64,000 nucleotides of DNA from Amphiscolops sp. MND2022 (Eukaryota). The stretch is from positions 12,960,001 through 13,024,000 of the forward strand of contig OZ076409.1 in the NCBI GenBank assembly GCA_964187785.1, in the 5' to 3' direction. Below are positions 13,051 through 24,744 of the stretch, piece by piece. A model generated the notes under the pieces. That model did not search any database, had not been told where the DNA came from, and saw nothing but the letters and a program-made list of their open reading frames with translations. Numbering within the stretch: position 1 is the stretch's first letter; every line of letters starts with the position of its first letter. A program made the position numbers and the translations under genes.

Positions 13051-14499
13051 AAACAAAAGTGGAAAAACGGAAAATCGGTGCTCAATTTTTTTCTGATTTA
13101 TGGGTCCCATTTTCATGATTTTGGACACATCATGTCAATATTCCGTGAAATGACGTGCAATGCTATGTAAAACCGTCTGGAAATCTTATCCAAGAGTTTT
13201 CTTCACCATACGGTCAGCTTGTGCGTTTAGAAGTTTACAGAATTTAAATGGTACGAAATCGTACGATGGTGAATTTATGGTTAAAAACAAAGCATTTTAT
13301 TTGTTTGAGTTGAATAATAAATATTTTTATTTGAAAATATAAATATATTTAAATATAAATATGTTTTTACAACTCTGATTTGGATACATGGTCGAAAAGG
13401 TCTAGTTCTCGAAAACGAAGATAAATAATGTTTACTGTTTTTTTAATCAGAAATGTAAAGCATTGCTTAGAATGTTGCAGCAAACTTTTTAAACAATGGA
13501 TTTAAGAATACGTTAAGTATCCTATCATGAAATTGCTGCTAATGGACGCCAGTTTTGAAATTGTTTCCTTGTTATAAATGAAAAGAGACAGGTTTTCTAT
13601 AAATGAAAACAGACAAAAACGCAAATTTTGTGGTCTCGTTCTTCAACAGAAATACGATGGAGCAAACGATCAATCTAACCACAACAAAAATGAATGGAAA
13701 AGCAGCCAATATTGAAACTTGTCAGTATTTTTTTGAGGATTAAAACTTTTTTGGCTCCTGCTTCTGTTCATGAAAGCATCATTCTCACCTTTTTGCAGTA
13801 CTGAAAATGATTCTCAATTGAATGGGCGTTGTTAGAATGGATGTGATCAAAATGATGAATTATGTCATCAATTCTAACCATTTGCAATAAATGAGCGCCA
13901 TGAAATATTAGTTTGCAAAAGGTGTCTCTAGTTCACAATCTGCATCTGCATCATCGCTTATAGAATGAATTAGTGTCATTGTTTGAATGCCGATTTTGAG
14001 TCAAGATCACCTGCCTATTCTGTCCTAAATAGTCAAATAAAAGGTTAATCAAACTATTCACTGTTTCTAATTCCGTTCAAACCTATTGTTTTTCGATAAC
14101 TACATGTATTTATCCTTAGAGCCATTCGTATATGATTCTTGATTGTTTCATTTTCTTCACAGTTTGCTGTGAAACAAAACTAACAATATTAGAACATAAA
14201 AAGTTGAATTTTGTAGTGAACAGTAGAAACGGCGAAATCAATTTCACCTAGAACCCACCATGAGCATTGACCAAGGTTTTTCAATAAATAACACTTCTAC
14301 ACTGTTATTTGTAAATTTGTACTCAGTTATTTGTAAATACCACTTTTACACTTTTCGGCAGTGTGATACTTCAAAATACTTCATTTTTATCTGGCATTAA
14401 ATTTTGGTAATAAATATCCACTGATTTTTTTTCAATACTATCCACATTTTGGAGGTGGAGGTTCGAAATGATTGCAGTATATCATAATTTTTGACGTTA

Positions 14500-14731
14500 T
14501 TTATATCCGAACTATATTGCTTTTTACTCGGGAGGAAGCAGAGGTTCGAAAAAAGTGCTCGCATTTGTTTCAGCACGCTATTTCCGAACTTCTTAAGCGT
14601 TTTCCGAGCAGCCTTTGGGTGTTTTGAATTTTTTTGTGAGCTGCTCTTAAAAAGCGTCCAGAGTATATTTTGAAAAGTTTTTGATTTTGAGCCTTATATA
14701 TAGCGCCGACTTTGGCCGTTTCCGGATTATT
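14500..14731 (+). mobile_element. HINE family 1, 3' fragment
   Basis: Ends TTTTGAGCCTTATATATAGCGCCGACTTTGGCCGTTTCCGGATTATTT; body resembles the 33480-33560 copy. Confidence 0.65.
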
Positions 14732-15144
14732 TCGTATAATTACAACCACCTTGCTCCACCAGACAAAAAAGTCATCTTTACGTGAAAATGATATTTTAAA
14801 TTACAAACATGCAGAAAAGTGTATCTTGAGCGATTTTGACAATTGCAGCCGATTTTGACAAGACAAATGATCCTTGTTTTAATACTTTCTGGAATACTAA
14901 TTTGAACCGGACGGGATTCAATGGGGAATTCTGAGATATGGAAAACTAGCGCGCATCACACGATCGTCTCAGCATTCTCCGGGTCCAGAGTATGTGAAAA
15001 CTTTAGGGAACGGAAACGGCTTTTTCCAATTTTTTTTTGGTTTCAGGGATTCAACCTTCGAATCGGAAATGAATGATGCTTGTTACATGTTACATTTCAT
15101 TCAATGATAAGTACAATTAGATTTTGAAAACGAAATGTTGAAAG

Positions 15145-15535
15145 TTATTTCAATTTGACTAAATCGGGGAATGGGAAAACGGGTGCGAGTTTGACAATAA
15201 ATCGATGAGGTTTTGATGAGCGATTTTCAATTCCGCAGAATAGATCGTCTCTATAAACAGGATGACGGTGAATCCCGCAGTATGACTCCAACTTGCAGTA
15301 ACGTTCCTTGATCTCGGCAGGCCGACAATTTTGTTTTGACGGAAAGGAACCGGATTTTCGGTCCATTATTGCAAAAAATACGCTTAACGAGGAGGTGTTC
15401 ACAGATTGCTGCTGGAACCGAGCTGTTTTGTTTAACACTGTGCAATTTAACACTAACATTGCGGTGTTTGTGAGGTTGGACTACTACATTGTGCTACGGA
15501 TGCCACGTTTGGGGTTGTCAGTCAACTTTGAAGCA
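15145..15535 (-). pseudogene. Possible Penelope-like GIY-YIG endonuclease C-terminal remnant
   Basis: AAICEHLL followed by a frameshifted KLES...HP weakly resembles the SAIxEHL...LE...P.L tail of Penelope endonucleases. Heavily decayed and cut by a HINE at 15539. Confidence 0.25.
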
Positions 15536-15538
15536 GTT

Positions 15539-16376
15539 GTTTTAGTCGGCGCTTTTGAACAAAAGTGTCCGACTCTTACAGTGTGTAGTTTTTTATTCGC
15601 GTAAGGTCCACTTTTTTGTTCATTTGTTCAACAACTTGAACTACGGATGCTCAAAGCATACTCGAAACGTCAGAACCTCATCCAAAACAAAAAGAAACAA
15701 ACCAGCCGAACCTTGAAAACACACTAAAGATTTCTTTTGGCTATCTTGGTGTTTTTCACCGATTTTTTTTGGGCACACTGAGACTTTTTCCGAAAAATTT
15801 TGGATTGCACCAAAGGGCCAAATTGCAGTTACCCCCTTCAATATTTTGATATTTTGCATCAGCCCCCTTTTCCATTTTTCGGCACTGTGATACTGTTTGA
15901 AAATCTCATTTTTTGAATTTTTCGAAAATTTTTCAATGTCTCCAGATGGTCTCCCTTCATTTTTTTTGGAAACTTTGCCACAAACTGGATTTTTGAAAAG
16001 CCTAAAGGTTACCCCCTTTTACAATTTTTTTAAGTTTTAAAATTAGGTTTTCTAGTGAACCAGCACGCTATATCCGAATTTTGTCTTTTAGGACCGTCGT
16101 TTTTTCGGTAATATGCAACTTTTTTTCCAATTTGTTTTCATCGAAGCCCCTCGAATTTGACTAGAAATGAACCGTTTCGCCAGCATAAAGAACTCCTTTT
16201 TTTTCAGTTGGGGGAAAAGTGGTTTCCCAGTCTTATCGAGGAGCATGAAAAGCATCCTTTGTGTGTCTCGAAGGTGTTTTCCGAGTTTTTCATGAAAACG
16301 TCCTGGCAAATTTTTAAAAAAACTTTACGCTTTTTGAGCCTTAGATATAGCGCCAACTTTAGACGTTCCCGCCTTT
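15539..16376 (+). mobile_element. HINE family 1 copy
   Basis: 5' TTTTTAGTCGGCGC...CCGACT; 3' GAGCCTTAGATATAGCGCCAACTTTAGACGTTCCCGCCT. Confidence 0.7.
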
Positions 16377-16759
16377 AGACGCTGCCTTTAGACGTTATTT
16401 TCAACGATAGTTCCTTGCTTCAAAACAACAAAAGGTCTCTGGGCTCACTAATGTTGCTTCGAAATACGATGCTTGTCTTGTCGGCATTCGAACGAATAAA
16501 ACTATCCTCGACGACTCTTCACTTGTCTTGGCCTTTTTTATGCACTGCATATACGAATTCCCGCAAAAGTTTAGTTTGTTTTTGCAATCGTGATAAGAAA
16601 TTTCACCGAAAAACTTTTTCAGTACAGCGACGTAAACGAAAATTTATTTGACATTCAAAATCGAAAAACCAAACACTCTGGAAAATCGAAGTATTATTTT
16701 TTAACTTTCTTCAACTATAGTTTGTGAATAGAAAAAAAAACAATCCAATCCGAAGTAAT

Positions 16760-16989
16760 GACCGATAGATATGGGTCAAAATGTTTTCCTCAATTTTTAG
16801 TTTCTAGAGTTTTTGTTGTCTCCAGTTGTGGAAAAAGTGGTTTTCGAATATTATGCGTATCCCTTGCGGTATAGTTTGGCACTGTAAAAATGATGAATTT
16901 TAAACAAAAGTGTACTTTTGCATACGTAAAAAACTTTAATTTTTTGAACCTTGAGCGAGGCGCCTACTTGGGCCGTTCCCGGTTTGTTT
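16760..16989 (+). mobile_element. HINE family 1, 3' fragment
   Basis: Ends CCTTGAGCGAGGCGCCTACTTGGGCCGTTCCCGGTTTGTTT; start approximate. Confidence 0.6.
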
Positions 16990-17555
16990 AATTAAATTGA
17001 AAATAATCGATCGAGTTAATGCAATGCACAAAGCATTCTCAGTAGTCTAAGTTTCCACTAAGGAGTTTCGACGCGTAGATAAACAGCTGCGTAAGCGGAA
17101 AAGATTGGTCACTCGGAGAATTTCTTGCGAATATTGGTATTCATCCATACAAAGATAGTTGCGACTGTGTGATGAAACGCAAAGTGTGTGTTGAAAGTAA
17201 AAACTTCAATTATTTTGAATTTCTTTATCGGATTTTGAAAGACATCTTGAAAGGCTGCATTCTTACGTTGGTTTTGTAGACATGTGTCAAATGTTTGTCG
17301 TGGTTAAGGCATCTGTATGCACTTTTAAGGCAATCCCCGTGTCAAGGTCTCGTTTCACTCTGCCAGTCAACATAATAGAAAGTTGATTCTTCCAATACTT
17401 CGGTCTAAATTTGGAAAGACTTCAGAGGCAATCATTCTTACCACTAGTATACAGTTGACAACAAGCTGATAACAGTTTAGCGCCACACATATCGACCTAA
17501 AAAACTGTATTTAGCCCTATACATTGTCGTTGCATTCGTATCTGTCTTTTCAAAA

Positions 17556-17628
17556 GGGGAAGCATGGTGTAGTGGTTAGAGCATTCGGTTTGTACTGTGG
17601 CATTATCAGATTCGAATCTCTCTCAACT
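17556..17628 (+). pseudogene. tRNA-derived sequence (SINE head or tRNA pseudogene)
   Basis: A-box-like TGGTGTAGTGGTTA and B-box-like GATTCGAATC at tRNA-like spacing; stems do not pair well. Confidence 0.45.
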
Positions 17629-17952
17629 CACTACTGTGCGGGCCATAAGTATGTCCTTCATAACTAGTTTAGTGAAATGGTCAGTGACAAAAAAATAACA
17701 TATTTGGCAGAGAAAAGCAAAACAAAAGAGAACTGTGAGTAATGAGGCGCTTGAGACCTCGAGCAAGTTACTTTGAAACCACAGCTTCAAGTTGACCGTT
17801 GCTTGACCACTTGGTTGCAAAAATGATACCTAGCTCGCTATGAGGAGATAGTATCCGAAAAAGCGCCGACTTAAAAAAAGCAAACTGCTAATTCCGAGTC
17901 GACACAATGGAATTTGGGAAAACAATTACAAAGAAAAAGAAGTTACTGTATT

Positions 17953-18416
17953 GGTTGGCTTCATGAAGTGAAACGCGACTATTATAGTGACTCTTTTTTC
18001 AATCCACACGAACTGACCGAAATAGATTTACAAAATTTCCACAAACTTTTATGGTCCCAAATTGAATCATTTGGCCTAGCGAACTAAACCAAAAAAAATT
18101 CCTCTTTTTCCACGTAACATACCATACCGGGAGAGACTAAAGAATCCCCCTTTTAGTTTTTTTGGCATTGTGAGACTTTTTTCGGAACATTTTTTTCCAC
18201 CAATTTTTTTCCACCGTTCAACTTTTTGACGTTTTGCAACAATGCGAAAGGATCCCTCTTTTAGCGCGCCAGGGGCCCGCGCTAGCGGGCACCTGGCGCA
18301 CCAGTTCCGTCGTTTGGGTTTTTCGTTTGATACTTTGAGTTTTTTGACACTTTCATGTCCTTTTGCTATTTTTGAGCCTTAGATATGGCGCCGACTTAAG
18401 CCGTTCCCGGCTTGTT
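17953..18416 (+). mobile_element. HINE family 1 copy
   Basis: 5' GCTTCATGAAGTGAAACGCGACTATTATAGTGAC is the reverse complement of about 1590-1622. The 3' end has GGCGCCGACT plus a perfect hairpin AAGCCG-TTCC-CGGCTT and GTT. Confidence 0.75.
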
Positions 18417-19129
18417 AATTTCAACTAAAAGCGTCGACTAGAAACATCAGTTGTTCAATACATATGAAATCTTAGAACAACAGAACTAGTGAGATAGGCA
18501 TGCGCATCGGAATGCATCTAGCAGAAAATCGAAGTCAGCTCAACATCCGTTTTGTATATATACTATATTTTTTCATCAGAACTTTTTGAAAATACATCTC
18601 AATGACTTCTGCATGCTGAAAGGACGATCCAACGTATTGCGAACTTTCCAATTCTTATTTCTGAGGCGTCCTCACAAGATCTTTTTGATCAGTTCAGTCG
18701 CAAACAAAAAAGGAAAAAAAATCAAACCGCGGATGAGTGGCATTTATATAGCTATTCGAATGTCTTCTGTGGCGATGCGTTTTGGATGCATTGACTATTT
18801 TACAGAAAGTAGACGTTGCTGTTTCTAAGGTCACTTCTGATTGAAAAAGCCAGAACTCGAAGTAGGAACAATCATGGTTTCTTTGGCAATACAGTTTTCC
18901 ACGAAAAACGAAGATCCTTCGTTTCAAAATTCGAACAGTCACTAAAAACACGAGTTGGGAACCCTTCACGCTTTAAGAACGTATTGCCCTGAAGTATTTT
19001 TTTCAAAATCGAAGACGAATCCCTGTGATGAAGAATGAAATGCTTCCGAGAAAATATGCATAGTGCCGGGCAAAACGACGAACACCTCTAGATTTGTAAT
19101 TGTAGTTGATCCCCTGTAGAAACAATTGT

Positions 19130-19203
19130 AGTCGCTCGCGATATTCGAACCCACAACCTCTTGCTTGTGGAGCAAGCATGATAACCACTGGCCCACCATC
19201 ACT
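19130..19203 (-). pseudogene. tRNA-Val(CAC)-derived pseudogene or SINE head
   Basis: Minus strand reads GGGCCAGTGGTTATCATG-CTTGC-TCCACAA-GCAAG-AGGTTGTGGGTTCGAATATC. D-arm AGTGGTTATCA is as in tRNA-Val, the anticodon stem is perfect with CAC, and a B box is present; acceptor and T stems are broken. Confidence 0.55.
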
Positions 19204-19204
19204 C

Positions 19205-19490
19205 ACATACGTTTATTGATATGGTCGCTCGAACAACCGCTAGAAGAATAGACCGGTTTTGTACACAAAAGTTGATCTTTCCCACACTGAATGAACATGA
19301 CTACTCCCGTCTGAAACACTGGGGTTGGAAGTTTGTGCAATACAAGAAAATCATGAGAGACATCAATCTTTACCTGATGACAAACTCGAAGAGAATTCTG
19401 CCACCAATTGAAAATGGACATAAAAGACATGTCTGGACAATTGACCAAAATGCTTTCACCGAAGTGACAAAACGGTTCAAAAGTTCGAGG
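19205..19490 (+). mobile_element. Possible CR1/L2-type LINE ORF2 C-terminal fragment
   Basis: IFPTL..DYSRLKHWG...DI...TKRFKSS resembles the Y..RL..L...DL...TxRFxxS tail of CR1/L2 ORF2. Confidence 0.35.
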
Positions 19491-19581
19491 GAAGCTGTTT
19501 TCACCCTCTCCGGTGACTGTTTTCGGAAAATTCGTTTTTAGTCGGCTTTTCAGAGAAACAAACGATTCTTACCACGACTGG

Positions 19582-20040
19582 TTTTTTAGTCGGCGCTTTT
19601 CTTTAGAAAAGAGTCGACTATAGTCATGGCTTTCCGTCAGTGTTTTTTAAGACCACCTGAACTGACCAAAATAGTTCTACCAAAAGTTCTACAAAACTTT
19701 CAGAAGACGCCAAAATGTACCTGTTGGCCCAAGGAACTGAACCAAAAAGGTTTCCCGCATAACATACAATACCGGACGAGACCAAAGGGTCCATTTAAAA
19801 AAAAAAACTTTTTCCCCACGAAAGGCCCCCCTTCATTTTTTTGGAGTTTTGCAACAGAATGGATGTTGAAAAATTCCAAAAGGTCCTCCCTTTCAGTTTT
19901 TTCGGCATTGTGAGACTTTTATTCAAAAAAATGTTTTTTATAAAAGTAGTCCCAATTCACCAATACTTTGAAATTTTGAAGTCCTTTTGCGATTTTCGAG
20001 CCTTCGATATGGCGCTGACTTGGGCCGTTCCCGGCTTGTT
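19582..20040 (+). mobile_element. HINE family 1 copy
   Basis: 5' TTTTTTAGTCGGCGC...TCGACTATAG; 3' GGCGCTGACTTGGGCCGTTCCCGGCTTGTT. A second degenerate 5' end sits at about 19535. Confidence 0.72.
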
Positions 20041-20129
20041 CTTCAGTACATCTGGTCCGCCCATTCTCACATAAAAAAGATGGAGCGGAAATATAATTCA
20101 TACGGAAAAGACTATTTGGCCTAGCCAAC

Positions 20130-20746
20130 ACACTATGTTCGAATTGTTGACGTTATATCCGAAATAAGTTGCATTTCACTCGAGCAGGTGGGGAAAACAT
20201 TGCGCTATATCAAAGTGCCCTTTTGGTTTTTAGCAGAATCAAGCGTGATGCGAGCAGAGAGTGGCACAGTTGGTTCTTTCGGCACAATGCGATTCACCGA
20301 AGATCAAAAAAGGTTTCTGATTGTTTTTCATTTTTTAAAGTTTCTGAAAGGAAACCACTTTCGGAGTCCAAAGGTTAACCTCATTGATTTCTATTTGATC
20401 TGGGGAAACTGATGAGACGTGCGATTTTTCTCGAAAAAAAGTTGTTTAGTCAAAGTGTACCCCTTTTAACTTTCATAATTGTTCGCCTCTTGGAAAACCG
20501 TTTTGCGAGCCTAATGCTCCCTTTTCAGCACTATGAAACTTTTTCACAAAAATTTTCGAAAAAAAAAATTAAGTGGGCTTTGTTTCCAGTTGGGGAAAAG
20601 TGGTTTTCGAGTCTTATGTTTGTACCTTCGGGTATTTTTCGGCACTAAAAATTGATAAAAGTTTGACAATAGCCTCTTTGCATATTTAAGAAACTTAGTT
20701 TTTGAAACTTGAGCGGAGTACTGACTTGGGCTGCTGCCGGCTTGTG
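20130..20746 (+). mobile_element. Degenerate HINE family 1 copy
   Basis: Internal CCAGTTGGGGAAAAGTGGTTT block shared with the copies near 16205, 16820 and 27555; degenerate 3' end CTGACTTGGGCTGCTGCCGGCTTGT. Confidence 0.5.
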
Positions 20747-23700
20747 AATTTTTGCGCTTCGCCTGCAGCGTCTTCCTTTTATCATCTGCTCTCAATTATT
20801 GAAGTAACTTATTTGTGGCCTCTGCATAATAGTTCTGTTCTCTAGTTGTCATGTGTCATTTACAGAAAAATTTCATTTTCAAGTCTGCTGTTGATTTAGT
20901 GCATTGGTTTCTCGAATGACAAGAAACTCTGAGATATACAGCGGTGATAATTTTTCATTTTCCGTCAATAGGAATGGAAAATGACTCTCTCAATTGTTTT
21001 TTTTGTATTTTTGCAACGTATTTCGTATTTATCAAACAAACGTTTCTAATGAGCTTTATATAGACCGAAAAAATTAACATAAGGTAATCATAATTTGAGT
21101 TGCCACCTATTAATTGGAACAGAATGGAGCCTTACAATCAGCCTTAACAGACACGATGGGAAAAGAATATACTCTTTCGAAAACTAAAATGCATTGTAGA
21201 CAATACATTGGCTTGGAATAGAAATGAGTACTTTTCATACATAATTTCTGATCGACACGAGTTTATTTTCTGCCCACATTTATGGGGGGGGATCACTCAA
21301 CAGCGTTTCTTCCCAAATTTTGCCATGTTCCCCGTATTGCATCATAGGAGTCGATATTCTACTCTAAAGAGAGTTTGCGATAAAAACATCACTGATAAGT
21401 TTCAATTTTTTTTCAACTATGTTTTTGTAAACTGGCTAGTTTAATTTCTCGTTTGCAAACTTTCTGCTCAACCAATTTCAGAACTTGAACGTGAATTACT
21501 TCCGAATATTTCGCGGTAAAAATTATTGAAGTTTCAAACTTTTCAGGAATATTCTCACTACTTTTCTCCCACCAGCTTTTTTTCAAGCTCTCACGACGAA
21601 TTGGACACGCTTTTTCTTCAGAAAAATCGTTTTTACCCACCGGTTATACAACATGCCAGTTCAGTAAGATCACAGTAATAAGATACCATGTCAGCTCTAA
21701 GGGATAGCTCAACTCGAAATTTTAAATGGCGACCTTCAGTGACTTTTATGTGACTTTCTCACTCCTCATTCAGATAATTAATGTCAACTATGTATTAATT
21801 TTTTGTAATTCTGAACTGAGCCCCAAAAATTTGCTTCGTTCTTGTTGTTCTAATAAAGGATTGCTTGTGTCAGTATTGACACTTGGGATGCTTTTAGGCT
21901 TTGTTTTCTGGTGCTGAGGTCAGCAATTAACTCAGAAATCAATTCTAAAAGTAAAGTTCATTTCAATTATTGTTGCTACTTTCTTCAGATTTGTTCAGCT
22001 GATTCCCAGTTTCACTTTCAACTTTTTTTTACAGCGAAAATACATTTTGAGAAAAAAGGAAGCTTAGCTCATTTTTGTGAACAACACGATAGGTCTTTGC
22101 ACTCTTGATTATTAAATCGGATCTACTATCACTATAATAAGAGCTAAGGTGAAAAACGACGGATTGAAGTAGAAAAATAGGTTTTCCAATTAAAAAATTT
22201 CGCTCAGCGTAACAATAGAACCAAAATTATTGAGCATAATAGAAATATACAACAATGTAGAAGTTCATCTCCATTCAATTCCAATTTTTACATTAATATT
22301 AAAATTAGCATTACGATTGTTGCTCCTGTACTACCGGGCCATTTGTCATCCAAAACTTCTGGTCTCGCACCAAAACGTTTCTCCAGAGATTTTCAATGCT
22401 GTAAGTTGCGCGATCCTGGGAATAGCCAAACCAATGTCATCTTTTGGGTTGTGCTGGATAGTGTTTCGCCCTCTGTTCTCTTCGTTGCACTAACTTCTAG
22501 CAGATTGTAAGAAGGGCGGTTAGTGTTGAGTAGTTGCACGGTAATAATAAATAAATAGAAGAGCATTTTCGTGAAGATGAGAAACAACTCACAAAAAAGC
22601 ACCATTAATCTTAATCCATGAATTCCTCAACATACGTATAAAAAATTGGAGGAGACTGTCTCTTTGTATGATAAGGAGAATCAGACGCCTGCCTGGATGC
22701 AGTGAGATTGATTACACACGCATATACACATTACACAATACAACAACTTGCTACAAAATGACACAGAACGACGACAAACATTTTTCTTCATGCTAGCCCA
22801 ACATTGATGATTGATGAGATCGCTGGTGGCCCAGTATGAAAAGTGGTGGTATACTGATGCTGTTATCTCTTCTAACATCTCCTCTACAGCAGTAGGTAAG
22901 GTCACTGTCTCATCCGCACGGGGTCAAAAGGTCAAAAGCAAGTCCCGCGGGGTCAGTGCATCTTCCGCGTGCAGGAAAACGACTCAACGGATCGACACTC
23001 CACTCACAGCAGGAGACAGGACAGGAAAGACTCATTGATGACGTGGAATAACAATGGTGTCATTGAGAAAAGAATCAAAAGAATTGATGATATTAGGCCC
23101 ACACAATGACTGTTTATCTTCTTCGGGGGTTGTTTTATTTTTCCTCGACTGAGAGCAGTGATTTGATTGGCTGACGACATTGTCTCGACGAGGCGCGCTG
23201 TGACAAGAGGAGGGTTGGGCTACTACGTGTCGGTCGAGTACAGATGTTGGATGGGTTATGGCCAGCAGCAGCATTATTAGTGGTAGCAACAGAATAGTAT
23301 GAGAATATAAAATTTGATTCAATAAACAAAAGAATATCAGAAAGAACAGCAACAAAAGTCGTCAATGCCCAATAGCATCTGGATAGATTTGAAATGACAT
23401 TTTTTATTTGATCTGATTCAGCTGTCGTCGACACATACACATTCGATGATTCAGTGGCGCTGATGCTGTACTTAGTGAAGTTCTGCAAACATGAAGTGTT
23501 TTTATTTTCTGACGCTTCCGGAGTGGGATACAGGTCATATCAGCCCGCTGACATGACCCCAACATGTCTCCCTTGCTCCTCATACAAGCAGTGATTTGTA
23601 TATGTATTATTTATTGGTTTTTCAGTTGAACATTCAAAGTTGACTGCAAAATGGGTCACCTCGCCACTTGATAAAGAACATCTATCAGTTTGTCACTGGG

Positions 23701-24226
23701 CTTTTGAGTTCTCACTAAATTCCGAGTTCCTCCACTCTGATCCTGGTCTGTCTTGTTCCAGATCATCTCGCAGACGGTGAGAGCAAAACAAGCTAGATCC
23801 GCCCTCCCGCGCACGAGATCTCACTCTGCAATCGTTCAAGATTGATTGATTCGACTGATGTGGGGTTGATTAAGGTTGTGAAATAATCTGTTTGATTTAA
23901 TTTGGTAAGAAAAATTGCACTGATTAAAGACTGCACCGCCAACGACCAAGGCGATTGTCATCTTAGATGCTAATAATTTGCCGTTCCATTCTACTACGTT
24001 GCATAAGTCACTACTCCAGGCAGAAGATTAAATATTCTTTCTATAGATCTAATTCACTTTAAAGTGTATGTTGCACAGCACCTTCCAATTTGTGAACGTC
24101 ATGATTGCTCTGCCAATCAGCAGAAGAGCTACCATGTCGTCTGGTCATCCACAGGAGCCCAGATTTGGAAAACCAGGTAAACGCTTGGGGGTGGGTGGGG
24201 TTAACTGGAAACCCTCACCTTACACC

Positions 24227-24744
24227 TCATTTCTCAATGGGCCCAGGTGGTGTCGGACTAGACGGGCTACACGTTGACGGGACGTACGTATTGTCCACGG
24301 CGTACCTGGGCTGTGGTGATGTGTGCCCAGTGCGACCTCCTCGGGTGAAGTTACTGCTGCTAGAACTAGTTCCGAACGCGCCCAACTTGGAGATACTTCG
24401 CGCCGTGAACGAATTGCCGCCGCTTCCGCTTTTCTGCGGTGGAGGGAGCTCCACGAAGTTCGATTGAACGCTTGGCGTTTTCGGTGACGATAAGTTCTGG
24501 GTATTGTCGGATGTGTTTGGTGGTGACAATGATTCCGCCCCTGATCCAATGGCGGTGGCCGAGCTCGCAGCAGGTGGCGTTGGTGAAGCAGCTCCATTCA
24601 GGGTAGAAGGCGGTGAGTTATTTGTAGTGTTCGGCCAAATTATGTGAGCCTTCAATCGTTTGTAGGCAAACAGGTACCTCTTGTTTTGGGCGATCAGTTT
24701 TGCTTTCACTTGCTGGGGACATTCTTCGTCCTCGACACGGTCCT
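24227..24744 (-). CDS. RIN: RIN exon 13 (end of RA domain, low-complexity tail, stop)
   Basis: EDRVEDEECPQQVK...FAYKR...IIWP; acceptor TTTTGCAG; TGA at 24227-24229. Confidence 0.9.

Noticed and set aside
19130..19203. Functional tRNA-Val gene
   Set aside because: Acceptor and T stems do not pair; treated as a pseudogene or SINE head.
22230..24220. Separate small genes from short ORFs downstream of RIN
   Set aside because: No recognisable domains or consistent splice pattern; more simply the RIN 3' UTR and flank.
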